From the NCBI RefSeq assembly GCF_009914755.1, contig NC_060936.1: a stretch of DNA of 64,000 bases; one strand, given 5' to 3'. Under the pieces are notes generated by a model, which made no database searches, was not told where the DNA came from, and saw only the letters and a list, made by a program, of their open reading frames with translations. Below, piece by piece: positions 41,697 through 58,996 of the stretch. Numbering within the stretch: the first letter of the stretch is position 1; each line of letters begins with the position of its first letter. Both the position numbers and the translations under genes were made by a program. Source of the stretch: the human T2T-CHM13v2.0 reference genome, Homo sapiens.

Positions 41697-42661
41697 TAAT
41701 GAAGTATAATGTGTTTTTATGGATATATTTCTTTGTAAGCACATTATGGCCTTTCAATTCAAATACAAGTGTTTCTGATTGAAATCTTGAAGGGGCAACA
41801 TAATTGGATTTGACCAAATATGGGATTTAGAAATGGAAGCAGATTCAGCCAGAATTCCTGCCTAGGACTTCCTGGGGATCAGGGAAGAGGTGAAATGCAC
41901 AGGAAATGTCTTCTATTGAACGTGAGGGCATGTTGATATCAAAGGGCCCGGGAGGGCCACACACTATGAACGTGATGTCCACATTCTTGGCGGTGCTCAC
42001 GGCAGTAACGTGCATTTCCTGTGCGGGGCTGCCTGGCTCCGTCATAGCTTGCCGAGTGTCCCAATGCTGTTATTTCCTCCTGAGGCACCACTCTTCTCGT
42101 TTCCAATTTTGTTTGTTGTTTTTTAACACTGTAGAGTTTTATTTCAGTCTACCTACTTGATCTCTTATTTCATTAGCATTTTGGGGTGTTTTGAAGGGAT
42201 TTTATAATACACCCATTTTTCTTAAAACTTTATATCTTTTAGTTAAGTCGATAAATGTTTAATATATACCCAATTATTAAAAACACTTTAATGCATAGCA
42301 TCAAAGTCAAAATAGATGATACATATTGTAAATTCCATGTTGCAGAAATTCTAACCTTGATTTTGAGAAGTAAAGCTTACTTCTTACAGCTAAGTAAACC
42401 CCCAGAGATACGTGCAGTTTTCACAATAGTCATTAACTACCCATCACCTGTCATTGCAACATTGATGAATTACTGGTGATGATCACTGCTTGAGTGTTCA
42501 CAGGCATGTAACGATTATGTCCAGTTGAGAGTCAGAAAAAAGCTCCGGGGCCTTTTGTATGCATAGATAATGTATTCTGAATTATTTGGATGAGGCTTTA
42601 TACCAGTCAGGGATTTTGCTTGCAAACAGTAGAAATTAACTGGCTAACTTGAGCAGAATAG

Positions 42662-43110
<449 letters not shown>

Positions 43111-43293
43111 TAAGTCCTGCCATTATCAGACATTGGCCACTGCCCTGGGCAATCTGTCCTGGTCTCTGGGGCCCTGCAGCCTCTGACACTTGCTGTCCTG
43201 ATGGGCCTTTGGTGCTGTCCTGCTGCTGGGAAACTCCCCATCACTGGATCTCTGTGTCACAGCCTCAAGGGTCAGGTCCTTAGTGTGGGCATC

Positions 43294-43690
43294 TGTGTTA
43301 GCGCCCTGTAGTTGCCATATCAAAGCCCACGTGCCAGGTGTCTTATAATAGCAGAAGTTCACCCTCACAATTCTGGAGGCCAGAAGGCCACAGGGGCACG
43401 TACCCACTGAGGCCCTAGGGAGGAATGTGTTTTGTGCCTCTCAGCTTCCGGGGGCCACGGCAACCCTCAGCTTCAGTGGGCTTGTGGATGTTTCACTCCT
43501 ATCTCTGCCTCCATCTCCATGTGGCCATCTTCCTTCTGCGTGTGTCTCTGTGTCCAGATTTCCCTCTTCTTAGAAGGACACCAGTCATACTGGATTTAGG
43601 GCACACCCTAATCCAGTATGACCTCATCTGAACTTGATTACATCTGCAAAGTCCTTCTTGCAGATAAGGTCACATTCACAGGTACCAGGT
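43294..43690 (-). mobile_element. MaLR LTR (MLT1C-like)
   Basis: 'ctcacaattctggaggccagaag...aaggacaccagtcatactggatttagggcacaccctaatccagtatgacctcatc...ataaggtcacattcacaggtacc'. Confidence 0.75.
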
Positions 43691-44578
43691 TCCAGGCTGA
43701 GGCCACATGCCTACGCCACAGCTCCCGGGGCTGGGTTATCTGTACCTCAGCCTTCGTTGGCCGTAGCGGGTGGTGGGTCCCTGCCTCACAGCAAGCCCCA
43801 CGGAATGGGGGGTTCCCCCAGATAGGAGGGATGCTTGACATTCATAAAAGAGGCTTTCCCCAACTATACGGCTTCTTGCAGCAATGAGATTACACCATTT
43901 CCATCAGCACACCAGTAAAATTGAACAATCACTAGGGAATATCTTTAATTCTTTCTTCTGCCTTTCTTTTTATTATCTTGTTTTAATCATGAATGATTGC
44001 GGAGAAATGTTGATCTGATGGACTCAAGTTGAATGGAGTCTTTCTCCCATGTGAGGACCGGAAGCCACCCACACAGATCTCTCTTCTATGGGAGGTGTTC
44101 TAGGGTCACCTTATTAATCCCAAATTCTGTCTTACCCTGAGTCGGAACTCTTTCAGCAGAAAACTGTATCTCTGTGGCGTTGAATATGAGGATAGGTTCC
44201 AGGAGCACCAGTAGACGGAATGTTTGCCCTGTCACAAGCATTTCTCCTGGCCTAGAGACTGGCAGGGGTTCCTGCATCCCTAAGCAGGGACCCCTGCACC
44301 AGGCGAAGGACGAGCCCCCTTCCAGCAACGCGGGATGAGCCAGGGCCTCTCCCCTACCCTGCTTGTCCTTCCTCTGCCCAGTACCCTGCGTGGCTGCTCA
44401 GGAGAGTGACGTGTGGAAGCCACTCGGGGTGAGCAGAGGGTCTCTTAGTGATGCTGTTTGTTTCCTGGGACGTGGGTCAGGGAGCCCCTACCCTGGTTGA
44501 GAACCACTGAGGTAGGCCGGGATTTTGGATTCCATCCCCAAATTAGAGGAACAGAGTGCATGCATGCCTTAGGCACTA

Positions 44579-45109
<531 letters not shown>

Positions 45110-45861
45110 TCAGCTCCTTAATGAAACTTAAGTATTAGGAGAAGAGCAAAATTAACTCAACAAATATTTAAAGCCAGGCCCTGCTGTGAGAAGAGAAATG
45201 AACTTTTCTTTGGAAACAAAAATCTCTGCTGTCGCGGGGTCTGTCCTCTGGCAATGATGAGCTTGGTGCTGGATATAACATCATAAAATTATCGTGACCG
45301 CTGCTCTGGGGGAAGCTGCTGTCAAATGATTCAGCTCTCCTCCCAAGCTTTAGATCTCTGTGTTTCCTTTCGGTCTCCTCTCCTTAGCTTCACACCTTAC
45401 AGTCTCAGAGAGCAGGGGACACAGCACCTCAGAAAGCCACGTGGCTGCACTCTGGATCATGCTGGCCTTAGCACTGTTAAGATACGGTGAGACTTGGGCA
45501 ACCCCTGAGGTGTCCAAGCGCTGGCTTCTGTTCATAATCCCTGGGACTCAATGGTTGTGTCTGGGCTTCAGTTTGAAGCCCAGACCCTATGCAGCTCTTC
45601 CTGTGTCCTCCTGAAGAGGGTTGCGCTTTGGGGATTTTCAACGTGCAGACAAAGGAAATGGTTGCAGCTCAATATTGCACACGCTGTGGCAAAGTATCCA
45701 TTTCTCCCCTTTCGGCATCCAAAAGGTCTTGCCTCCTGGTGGCTGCTTTGCTGTAGGGTTGAGGGAAGGACGAGAAGAGCTGCGTGTTGTGACAGTTGCT
45801 ATGCGTCTTTGGGAGTTTCTGTGGTAAAAACTGGAGTTATGTGGTTTAGGTGCTGGATCTA

Positions 45862-46443
<582 letters not shown>

Positions 46444-46530
46444 TTATGTGTTTCGTGCCACATCATTGTGAAATTTTAATTTTTGGATCTATTTTTAGGG
46501 CATGTAACATATAATACAGCAGCCCATGCG

Positions 46531-46577
46531 ACACACACACACACACACACACACACTCACTCACACACACACACACA
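46531..46577. repeat. Interrupted (CA)n microsatellite
   Basis: ac repeat with two ct interruptions. Confidence 0.95.
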
Positions 46578-46590
46578 GGCATGCAGCAAC

Positions 46591-46970
46591 TATAGAGGTG
46601 TATTGCTCGGATCTCCTTTTAAGAAGGAGCTTGCTCAGGCAGGAAGTGCGGTTATCTGGCAGCCTCCAGTCATTCAATGTGCCTCAGGCTCCCCCTCAGC
46701 TTCTGAGCAGGGGCAGCCCGGCCCGACACCAAGCACAGCAGGTGTCCTTGGGCCTGGCCATTTCTGCTCAATGGGGGATTCCTCCAGTGGGCAGTCTTTG
46801 CTCTGGAGCCTGGGTGGGGCCGGCGGTGGCTGCCAGATCTGCATGGCGTTGGAGGCTCGTCTGCCCACTCCTGTGCCTCTCTCTTATATCTTTTACAGGA
46901 GTCACCTGCAATTAACTTCAGCCTCCTAACTGCATCTCAGTGTCTGCTTCCTGCAGGACTCGACTATCAC
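46591..46970 (+). mobile_element. ERVL solo LTR (LTR16-like)
   Basis: Ends 'tgcatctcagtgtctgcttcctgcaggactc', resembling the LTR16 3' terminus; starts 'tatagaggtgtattgctcggatctcc'. Confidence 0.5.
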
Positions 46971-48807
46971 TGTGCTCATTTTTTTTTTCCTGGTAGGGAT
47001 GCATGATTAAAAATATTTGAAGATCCTGTTGCAGAGGGTACCGTGGGACGCTTTGAGAGGGAAGGGAGGCTGCTGAGGAGAATTCCTGGCTCCTGCGGCC
47101 TCACTGATCTTCTATCATGTACCCGTGTAGTGAGAGAGGGACACATTCACTCCTGCTTTCTAGGTGGAAAAACTGGGAGCCCACAGATTCTGCTAACTTG
47201 GCATGTTATAGGCTGGGAGGCAGTGAGTGTGCCTTGGGATTCAGGCTTGAAGAGTTTATTGAACCCAAGACTAGGCTCATCTGTTTCCAAAATGGAAATG
47301 ATGATGATGATATTTTGTAGACCAGGGTCCTAAAAGGAGGTCAGCAGGCAGAGGAAAAGGCCTCTCTTTGTTTTTTCATTTCCCACTGGCAATAGCTCTT
47401 TGCATGAGTGGCTGGGGTGGCGTGGGGGGTGGCAGTGCCACTGCACAAACCCAGTCTGTTCTGTTTGCAAACACGTCAGGGGCTGAGCAGAGAAGGACGC
47501 TATTTCACAAAGCTTTCCTGTGGGGCAGAGAGAAAAGCTGCCTGGAGAGAAGCTCTTTGAAATAAGTGTCCTCCCCAGCCCAGCCCCTGAATTTCTTTTC
47601 CTTTACATAAAATCTCTGCTCTTCAGTCTTCTTTAAAGAAGTTCATATGAGGCCAGTTAAAGTGTCAATAGGGCCAGGCTTCTCTTCTCTCTAGCACTTC
47701 CCCAGGCCTGGCAATACAGACCCTTTATGCAATTTCAAAACCTTCTGTGCTTTCAGAGCCCTTGACCTCATCTGTCTCATCTCTGACAGTGACAAACCTC
47801 CTCCTCTGAAGAGCCAGATGTCAGTGGAGCACCACTCCATGACCCTGGGACTCCGCTCTGTGTGGGTCTTCCCAGAAAACCATGTGAGCACTAATCCCTG
47901 ATATCAGGCTGAGGCCCAAACACACTCCCCCGTCCAAGTTACCTTCCCAGCAACCATCCTCCTGTCTTCCTTGATGATACAGAGGCCAGATTTTGTTTGG
48001 GTGTCTGCATGTCCAGCCCTAGGATGAATCATGATTAAATCAGCAAGGCCATTCTGTTCCCTTTGATAGTGATTGGTCTTTGGGGTGGGCCTGTGATTCA
48101 GGTTTCACCTGTGAGACATGAGGACAAGTCTCATGAGAGCTTCTGGGAAAGATTTTCCTTCAGGACAGAAGGGGAGAAGAGCTCAATTTCTGTGAATTCA
48201 GCTACCACTCAAGTTCTAATGAATTCCCAAACTAGGTCAAGTCATATGAAATTGCTAATATTTGACTGTTTTTGACCTACAAAAATATGACAGTTTCATA
48301 TAGTCCACCCTACTACATCTCTTTCCCAGGAGAAATAGAATAAAGAGAAAAAAGCAATTAAAGAGAATGCAAGAACGGTGAGCGTCAAATGTAAGGACCA
48401 ATAGTGACCTAGAAGTAGAGAAATCAACAAATGGAACCAAAAAGGTATTCAGAGTTGGAAGAAATTTCCCTGGAAATGAAGGAATTGCTGAATTTCAGCT
48501 TAAGAGAGCATACTATGTTGCTGGAAATATTTAGAAAGTTTGATGGACACTAAAACTACTTGGTTTTAGTCAATGAGCTTTAGGTCAGTTAATAAGCTTT
48601 AGGATAAAGAAATAATTTTTCATGTATTTGAGCAGAAAAGGTAAGTAATATTTAGGAAGTATAAATAAGACTTTAGACGTTCCACATCAATATTCAGAGC
48701 AAGAAAACAGTGAGGCCATATCCATAAAATTCTGAGTAAAAGAATGTGCAACCAAGGCTTTTATACCCAGCCAAGTTGTCATATAAGCATCATGATGTGA
48801 CTTAAGT

Positions 48808-49330
48808 CAAGGGTCTCCAACCCCTGGGTCATGGACTGGTACCTGTCTTTGGCCTGTTAGGAACCAAGCTGCACAGCAGGAGGTGAGCAGTGAGTGAATC
48901 TTTATCTGTATTTACAGCTGCTCCCCATCACTCACATTACCACCTGAGCTCCACCTCCTGGCAGATCAGCAGCAGCATCAGATTCCCATAGGAATGCACA
49001 CCCTATTGTGAACTGCACATGCGAGGGATATACGTTACATGCTCCTTATGAGAATCTAATGCCTGATGATCTGTCACTATCTCCCATCACATCACCCCGA
49101 GATGGGACCGTCTAGTTGCAGGAAAACAAACTCAGGGCTCCCACTGATTCTACATTATGGTGAGTTGTATAATTATTCCATTATATATTATAATGTAATA
49201 ATAATAGAAAAAAAGTACACAATAAATGTAATGTTCTTGAGTCATCCTGGGATCATTCCCTGCCCCCATCTGCAGAAAAACTGTCTTCCACGAAACTGGT
49301 CCCTGGTGCCAAAAAGGTTGGGGACCACTG
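48808..49330 (+). mobile_element. MER1A-type hAT-Charlie element (second copy)
   Basis: Collinear with 6095-6628; perfect palindromic 8-bp TSD ACTTAAGT (48800-48807 and 49331-49338). Confidence 0.9.
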
Positions 49331-49942
49331 ACTTAAGTTTTAAAAGGATAATTCTAGCTGGCACGTGGAGAGTAAATTAGGAGGAATGGATGCTCAGTGG
49401 TTTCCCACATAATGCAGGATAAAACCCAAAGCATTTAGCAAGGTCTCTAAAGCCCTCCTTGACCAGGCCAACTACTATATTCTGACTCTGTCTTGTCACA
49501 ACTCCCCCTCTCTCACTATGCTCCAGCCACTCTGGTATCTTTGTTGTTCCTTGAACACTCTTAGCACATTCCTACCTCAGTGACTTGCACTTGCTGTTCT
49601 GGAATGGTCTTTCTCCTAGCTGTCTGCATGGTTCCCACATTACGTTAGATCTCCAGTCAAACGTCACCTTATCTGTGAGACCTTCCCCACCACCCTGCCC
49701 TCTTTTTTCTCCAGAAGGCTTATCACTACCTAGTGTGTTTTGTATATTTGATGACATGTTCCGTTTATTGATTTCTCCTTGCATTTGAATGTAAAGGCAA
49801 CAAGCTCTCATTTTCAAATATTGGAGGACTATAATGTTTATTAAGTTTTTTTTTGAAAAAGTTATTTGAAGATAAGACCGAGCTAATGCAGAGTTGAATG
49901 GAAAAGCTGTAGCAAAATAATTAATACAAAATCAGTGCAGGC

Positions 49943-50104
49943 AGCTGGGCATGGTTGCATGTGCCTGTTGTCCTAGCTACTTGGGAGGCTGAGGTGGAAG
50001 GATTACATGAGCCCAGGAGTTCAAGGTAGCAGTAAGCTATGATGGGACCACTGCACTCCAGCCTGGGTGACAGAGCGAGACCCTGTCTCAAAAAAAAAAA
50101 AAAA
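49943..50104 (+). mobile_element. Alu right monomer (FRAM-like)
   Basis: Right arm only plus A tail; TSD-like aaaatcagtgcagg/aaaatctgcgtagg. Confidence 0.85.
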
Positions 50105-50949
50105 TCTGCGTAGGAACACAGTGGAGCAACATTTACAAAATTCCAGAGAGAAGAACTGACACCTAGAATTTTATACCCAGCCACATTGTCCTTATATTAT
50201 AAAGGCAACAGAAACATATTCTCAAGCAGGAAATATTCCTCTTGAAATAAAATGAACCAAAAAAAACCACACTATTAAGTTGGTCAATTCCTAAAACTCT
50301 ACTTTCACTTTCTTATTCTTTGTTTAAATCCAAGTAAAATTAAGTATAATACTTTTTATTTAAAAATAGTGTGTTTAGTGTGATATCACTTTTATAAAAC
50401 TTGGTCTATCTGCATGCCTGCCCATCTGCTCACCCATTATCTACCCACCCACACACCCACTGCCCATCTTCCATCTCTCTTATACAAGTAGCAAGATATT
50501 TAGAATAACATCCACCTAATGTTCATGAATGTTATTTAGGGGTAGTAGGAGTTGGAAATTTTTATCTTTTTTATACTTTTCTGGATTTCTTGCGTTTTAA
50601 TAATGGATGAGGTATCAATTTTATAAAAACAATAAAATAATTCTTCTGCCTCTCCTACCTCCCAGTAGGATCATTTCAGTCTCTTTGAGCACGATGTTCA
50701 GACTTCTTCCTTACCTGGCACTGCCAGGCTCCCGGGTCTCCTTCCATGCGCCCTCCCCACCCCACCTCTTGAGGCCCAGGCACCCCTCAACACACCCTGC
50801 TGTCCCTCATTCCTCTGCATGCTTTGCACATGTGGGGACTTCTGCTTGGGAAGGCCTTCCCCTAACCAGCCCCTTTACCTCCTCACCTGGCCAACCTCTA
50901 CCCATCCTGCAGCCTCAGCCTGGGCCTCAGGTGACATAGTTCCCTGCAT

Positions 50950-51042
50950 TGTGTTTTTGTAGAGATGGGGTTTTGTCATGTTACCCAGGCTGGTCTTGAA
51001 TTCCTGGGCTCAAGCGATCCACCTGCCTTGGCCTCCCAAAGT
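50950..51042 (-). mobile_element. Truncated Alu left-monomer fragment
   Basis: 'ttttgtagagatggggttttg...ggcctcccaaagt', then an abrupt end. Confidence 0.85.
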
Positions 51043-51043
51043 A

Positions 51044-51111
51044 CACAGTGAATGAGATGCATGGTTAAAGCAGGGTTAATCATGCCTTAACCATGCATCT
51101 TATTCACTGTG
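51044..51111. repeat. 68-bp near-perfect palindrome
   Basis: 30 of 34 positions pair Watson-Crick around the centre tt|aa (51077/51078). Confidence 0.95.
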
Positions 51112-51852
51112 GTAGAATGTCAGCTCTGTGAGAGCCACATGCATCTTATTCACTGTGCCAGCCACTGACCTGGCACAGAGTCAATAGCTAATAAATTAAC
51201 ACAGGAGTAAGATAAGGAGGGGAAACAGGACAGACAGACTATAAATACTAACTGGCTGCCCAACCAGCTTCCAGCAAAAATTCCATCCTCTGTTGTTGTT
51301 CTTTTCATTCGTCTCTCTTAGAAAGGTAGGATGACTGGAAGATTCTCCTGAAAGGTACAGGTGAAGGTGAAATAGCAGATATGGGGCTCATGGCCTGTGA
51401 CAATGACAACGATGGCATTGATAGCATCAGCTGCCTTTGGTCAAGCTCCTGCCATTAGCCAGCTGCTGGGCCATGCACCCTCCGTGTGCTCTTGATGAAG
51501 GTCCCTGGAATCCTAGGCTTCCAAGGCAGTATGAGGCAACCAGAGGTAAGAAGTGGGAATGGAAGAGCCGAGAAAAGGTGTGATTTCTGGACTGAGACAG
51601 GAAGGCCGCTCCTGGGGTCTCTGTGTGGTCGCTCTGCCTTCTGTTTCTCCTCCCCTGTGTCCCTGCCTCCCCTTCCCTGACCATCCATGCAAGCTCCCAG
51701 CAGGGCCTGCTCCTCCACGGGGAACTGCCTGATCAACCTTGCCTCACTTTGAGCACTCGTCAACGTTTTATTTCCAAAGAGCTATTGTATTAAGTTCAAA
51801 AATATATTTGCCATTTATGGATATATCAAATGTTACCATTCTCAAGTCATCA

Positions 51853-52163
<311 letters not shown>

Positions 52164-52448
52164 AACTGATGTTTGTTTTTGTCTCTCAAGGTGAATTAAG
52201 GTTCCTCAAAGACAGCAAATCTTCATGTTACTTAGTCTCTTCTCACAAAAGAAAACTCTCCCCATGAGTAAATGTTTGTTCACTGAATGAATAAGTAAAA
52301 ACATTTGCAAGTATTATTTTGGGGCTTGGGAAAGTTATCCAGTTTTGAATTGACTTGGAGTCTAGAAGATTCCTGGACAAAATGGTTTTTCCCATTGTCA
52401 CCATAAAATTGGATACGTGTATAAAAAGTGGGTGGTTCACTAACATTA

Positions 52449-52835
<387 letters not shown>

Positions 52836-52874
52836 ATAATTCTTTTTGTCCTATGGCTGGAAAGTGAATGTTAA

Positions 52875-53209
<335 letters not shown>

Positions 53210-54162
53210 CTGTGTTTATTCTTAGGTCTGTACTACGCTTTATGCCTCAGTTTCCACAGTTAAAACACGTTATTTTATTCCTCACGTTATAGGAGCAATT
53301 TGTATTCATAAACTTGGCCTTCACCTTCAACTTCTGAAGATTTTAATACAGCGCAAATGATTTGGGGTCTGTGAATTCAGTTTTATTTATTTGGCTCCTT
53401 CCTTTAAGGAGTCAGGCTAATGCAAGAAAATCCAATAATTAGATCTTTTGGATTTCAAATAACTGGAAGAGGAAGTGGTGTTTATCTAATGGTTTAGGCA
53501 TAATGCGTGTTTTTTCCCGTAGGCCTGTGTGTATATGTGTGTGTGTGTGGTTGTTCTTAACTTGAAGAATTAAACACTTGTTTTCCCCATTAATTCTTTC
53601 CTCTGGGGCTTTTGTAGACGTTGTGGAAATGTGACCTGTAAGTCTGTGTCTGAATACATGCTGCAGATGGAAGGAAGGCTGCCTCCCATCTCTCGGGAAA
53701 TGGCTTCACTCAGTTACTCTTTGGTCCAGGTGGTTGAGTTAGGTGAAGACATTAGTATTTCACTTCCTAGTAAAGTGACTGTTTAGAAAAAAACATTTAG
53801 TGAGGACTGAAAAAACTCTTGCTAAATCTGTTTGCTTCCATGAAACGACAGGTTTTGAGGGATGGGGAGGTGGCTTTAGCTTGGGCTGTGGGAGAGGTGC
53901 AGACGAAGAGTCTCCAGGACACTCACACCAAGTCATCAGGGATCTAATTTTCTGGTGATGAAGAAATCAAATTGATCCTTCGGTATGATTTTCCCCTCCC
54001 AAGAGGCATTCATATCTCCAGGGGTTGTTGGGATTTCCATAACAGGCGGGGGAAGTCGTTTTGTCTCCTGAGTCCCCAACACCCCAGATGAACGTGTCAA
54101 AGGACGGCTCCCAGCCCGGCGCTACCATGATGGATTGAGGGCCACAGATTCTGTTTTCTTTT

Positions 54163-54464
<302 letters not shown>

Positions 54465-54874
54465 GATTCTGTTTTCTTTTAAGTGAAAGAAAATATCAGC
54501 CCTACCTTGTCTTTAGTGGAGGAGAAGATGAAAGGGAAAGGGCACGTGGAAACGTGTGCTGGGTGCCCCTGCGCCATCTCCCTGTGTCTGGACCCCAGAC
54601 ACCTCACTGCTCCGGAGGTGCTTTCAGTCCTATATATATTAACCTGAGCTTAGAAAGGAACCTTCAAGCTCCAAAATCTCCTCCCAGGTCCTGGTTAAGA
54701 GCCTTTTCACAAATTGGATTCTGCAGTCCTGCATTTTAGTTGAAAATCCCCAATGGAAGCTCTCTGAACTACAAAAGAAGAGACGAATTACCAGGATGCC
54801 CCCTCCATAAAATGAAAAAGCCCTACAAGCTGCTGATTAGTCTTTTTTCAGCTCTAAAAGTCAAGGAAGGTCTC

Positions 54875-55176
54875 GGCCGGGCGGGGAGCTCATGCCTATA
54901 ATCCCAGCACTTTGGGAGAGGCTGAGGCAGGCTTGAGCTCAGGAGTTCAACACCAGCCTGAACTTGAACTGGCAACATGGCAAAGCCCATCTCTACAAAA
55001 AATACAAAAATTAGCCAGGCGTGGTGGTGCGTGCCTGTGGTCCCAGATACTCAGGAGGTTGAGGTGGGAGGTTGGCTTGGACTTGGGAGGTTGAGGCTGC
55101 AGTGAGCCAAGATTGCACCACTGCACTCCAGCCTGGGCAACACAGTGAGACCCTGTCTAAAAAAAAAAAAAAAAAT
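54875..55176 (+). mobile_element. AluJ-type SINE
   Basis: Diverged dimer with A tail. Confidence 0.9.
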
Positions 55177-56357
55177 CAAGGTCTTCATAACTCTAGGAGG
55201 CAGAGTGGAATTGAGTCTTTGGCTTCAAGGAGAGAGTGGAGGGAGGCAGCTTAACAGGAAGAGAGTAAAGTGAACAGAAAAAGCCTCTCAGAAAAATAAA
55301 GGCAGGCGACAGCAAGGAGAGAGGAAAAACCCCCACCTCTCGCGCTGAACAGGGAAATGGGATAGAAAACGTTCCCTGTGATATGCCAACTGAGAATCAA
55401 CTAGATCTGTTCCACATTTCTTTCTCCTCCTTTTCCCTTTGTACATATTTCCGTGCAGACAGCTTCAGGACGCAGTTCCGGGGAAGCTTATTTCTTCAAA
55501 ACCCCCCTCTCTCTGCTAGAACAGGCCGTGATTGCTGCGTACCAGCAAGGGGGCAGTCAAGCACAACGCATGAGAAACAAAGGTCCTTCAACCTCCAAGC
55601 CCGCAGGAGAGCAGCTCCACTCACTTCCTTTGAAGTGGCCCTCTCTGTTTTTTCTAGGATCGAGAATTTTCCTGTAATACACTGGTCTATTTTTAAACCC
55701 ACTTTCCATTCGCTAGAAGTAAAGAGTGGAAAAATATAATGAATTGTAGAAAGAAACGGAACATAGGTATAAATGTCAATGGTGGGATTTTATAGGCACA
55801 TAGAAATCTCCCCTTTAAAAGACACTGCAATTATTTTTAGAATGAGAATTGGTCTCAGGGTGGCCTGAGAGAAGAAATGGGAAAAGAACATTTCAACTTT
55901 TACTCTACGGTTCAAACCAGTGATGGCGGTTTGCCATCCTCAATTCAGCACATAAACATGTGGGCTGCCCACCATCCGTGAGCGTGGCAGATACTATGGG
56001 AGACGCTAAGGCGACTTAGACAGGATCTCTGCCCTCAAGAGGGTTCCATCTAATTAGGAGGGGACAGACAGACTCACAAATGGCCAAAACAGAAAGTGAA
56101 GCCCATCACAGTCACCAGTAAAGTGCAGAGCAAGTGAGAAGAGGGAGGGACCTTCCTTCAGGGGACGGATATCTCCCATTCCGTGGAGCTGGTGGCACTG
56201 GAGGCAGACCTTGAAAGATGACACTGCAGGGACGGGCCGGATGCCCACCCATCCCATTTTCTCTTCCCGGGCCTGTGTTGCAATGAGGTTAGAGTCACGT
56301 GGCTGGGCCATGCGATAGAGCCAGTCAGAAGTGGTGGAAGTGAAATATGCCACTTCC

Positions 56358-56827
<470 letters not shown>

Positions 56828-57439
56828 TCACACTATGATGTAAGAGAAGATAGAATTCAGCCACTGAGCTGCTGGGGTGGTTTGTTATAGCAAGTGGTGT
56901 CTCTTAGGACAGATGAATAGGTTTTGACCAGTGAAAATGTGGGACCTCTTCCCTGAGTCTCATTCTGCCGAATGTGCTGTTATTAGGACACGCACCACAT
57001 TTACGGATATCGCTTGTTTGAGGCCAGCCATCCAAGCTTCACTATTTGTACCATGAAAAGGACCTCATCTATCTTGCCCTCCCTCCCATCCCTAGAACCT
57101 AGCACAGTGCATCACATACAGTCGGTGTTTAATAAATGGTTTGTTAAACGAAATGGGTAAGAGGGGGCTTTGTTTGGGGAACATCCAATAGTCTAGTTTC
57201 AGGAAAGCATAGGATATTTCTATCTAAAGGAGATGGGCATTTAGGTGGGCCTCTGTGGGGACCCTTAACAGGGTGTCAGGAGTTGGCGCTTATTTTGCGG
57301 GGCTGTATCCTGAAGCCTTCCCTCCTTTCCTATCCGCTGCAATACTTCATGGGCGTTTTCTTTTGTAAACTTCAATAACTTATTACTAGTTGCCTGTATC
57401 TCTAGTCCAACTTTCAGCCTTACTTATCCTAAAAGAACA

Positions 57440-57441
<2 letters not shown>

Positions 57442-57474
<33 letters not shown>
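57442..57474. repeat. (AG)16 microsatellite
   Basis: Pure ag repeat. Confidence 0.97.
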
Positions 57475-57479
<5 letters not shown>

Positions 57480-57668
57480 GATCCCTGTAATATGAACCTG
57501 CTTGTTTAAAGATGTTAGAAAACCTAACTCAACTGACTTTAGGTTAAAAACCACTGGCTCATATAACTGAAAAGTCCAGGATAGTTATAACTGCTTCAAG
57601 CATGGACAGATCAGGGCTCTCAAACAGTGTTGTCAAGAATTTCTGATTTTTCTGCTTATTGGAAGTGA

Positions 57669-58136
<468 letters not shown>

Positions 58137-58179
58137 TAGCCAAACTCAGCCTGGAACCATAGCTTCAAGTGCAGATGGA

Positions 58180-58294
58180 ATGACTATGACTACCTTTCCC
58201 AGTTTGCCCAGCACTGTCCTGGTTTTAAAACTGGGAGTTCCACATCCCAGAAACCCCATCTGTCCTGGGAAGACTGGAACAGTTGGGCACCCTA
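58180..58294. mobile_element. MER81-like hAT-Blackjack MITE
   Basis: 'cccagtttgcccagcactgtcctggtttta...cccagaaacccc...ggaacagttgggcacccta'. Confidence 0.7.
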
Positions 58295-58692
58295 AGTAGA
58301 ACCACTGAGCTGAGCGAGATCGGTCAACACTTAACCAATCCGAATGGTGAGAAATACATGCTTATTGCTGAATGTCACTCAGATGTTTATGGCCTTTGGT
58401 TACACAGCAATAGCTGATGATACAATGGCTTTACTAAAACACTGTTAAACCCCATATATTCGTGTCACAGAGAAGCACTTGTAATGCTAAAGTTCAGTAT
58501 CGTGTTTGCCATAGAAATACAAGTACATCATGGAATCACAGAACTGATATGAAAATACAGAAATTATCTGGGCCAAGCTACTGTCTTTAGGCAGGTGATT
58601 ACTATATGCTACTTATATTATATATTCATTTATGTGTATCTTGTCATTCAAATCAGCAACTTGAACTCATCATAATATTCCATAAGATTCTA

Positions 58693-58996
58693 GGCTGGGT
58701 GCGGTGGCTCATGCCTGTAATCCCAACACTTTGGGAAGTTGAAGGGGGTGGACCACCTGAGGTTAGGAGTTCGAGACCAGCCTGACCAACATGGAGAAAC
58801 TCCATCTCTACTAAAAATACAAAATTAGCCAGACATGGTGGCACATGCCTGTAATCCCAGCTACTCAGGAGGCTGAGGCAGGAGAATCACTTGAATCCAG
58901 GAGGCGGAGGTTGCAGTAAGCAGAGATTAAGCCACTGCACTCCAGCCTGGGCAACAAGAGTGAAACTCTGGCTCAAAAAAAAAAAAAAAAAAAAAA
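58693..58996 (+). mobile_element. AluSp-like SINE
   Basis: 'gaccaacatggagaaac', 'aacaagagtgaaactc'; TSD-like aagattcta/aagatgcta. Confidence 0.93.

Larger units (their letters stand above)
48330..50240 (+). mobile_element. Old L1 ORF1-like / HAL1-like fragments interrupted by MER1A, L2 and an Alu monomer
   Basis: Two ORF1 C-terminal-like segments sharing 'ttttatacccagcca..ttgtc' at ~48759-48780 and ~50169-50190. Confidence 0.45.
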
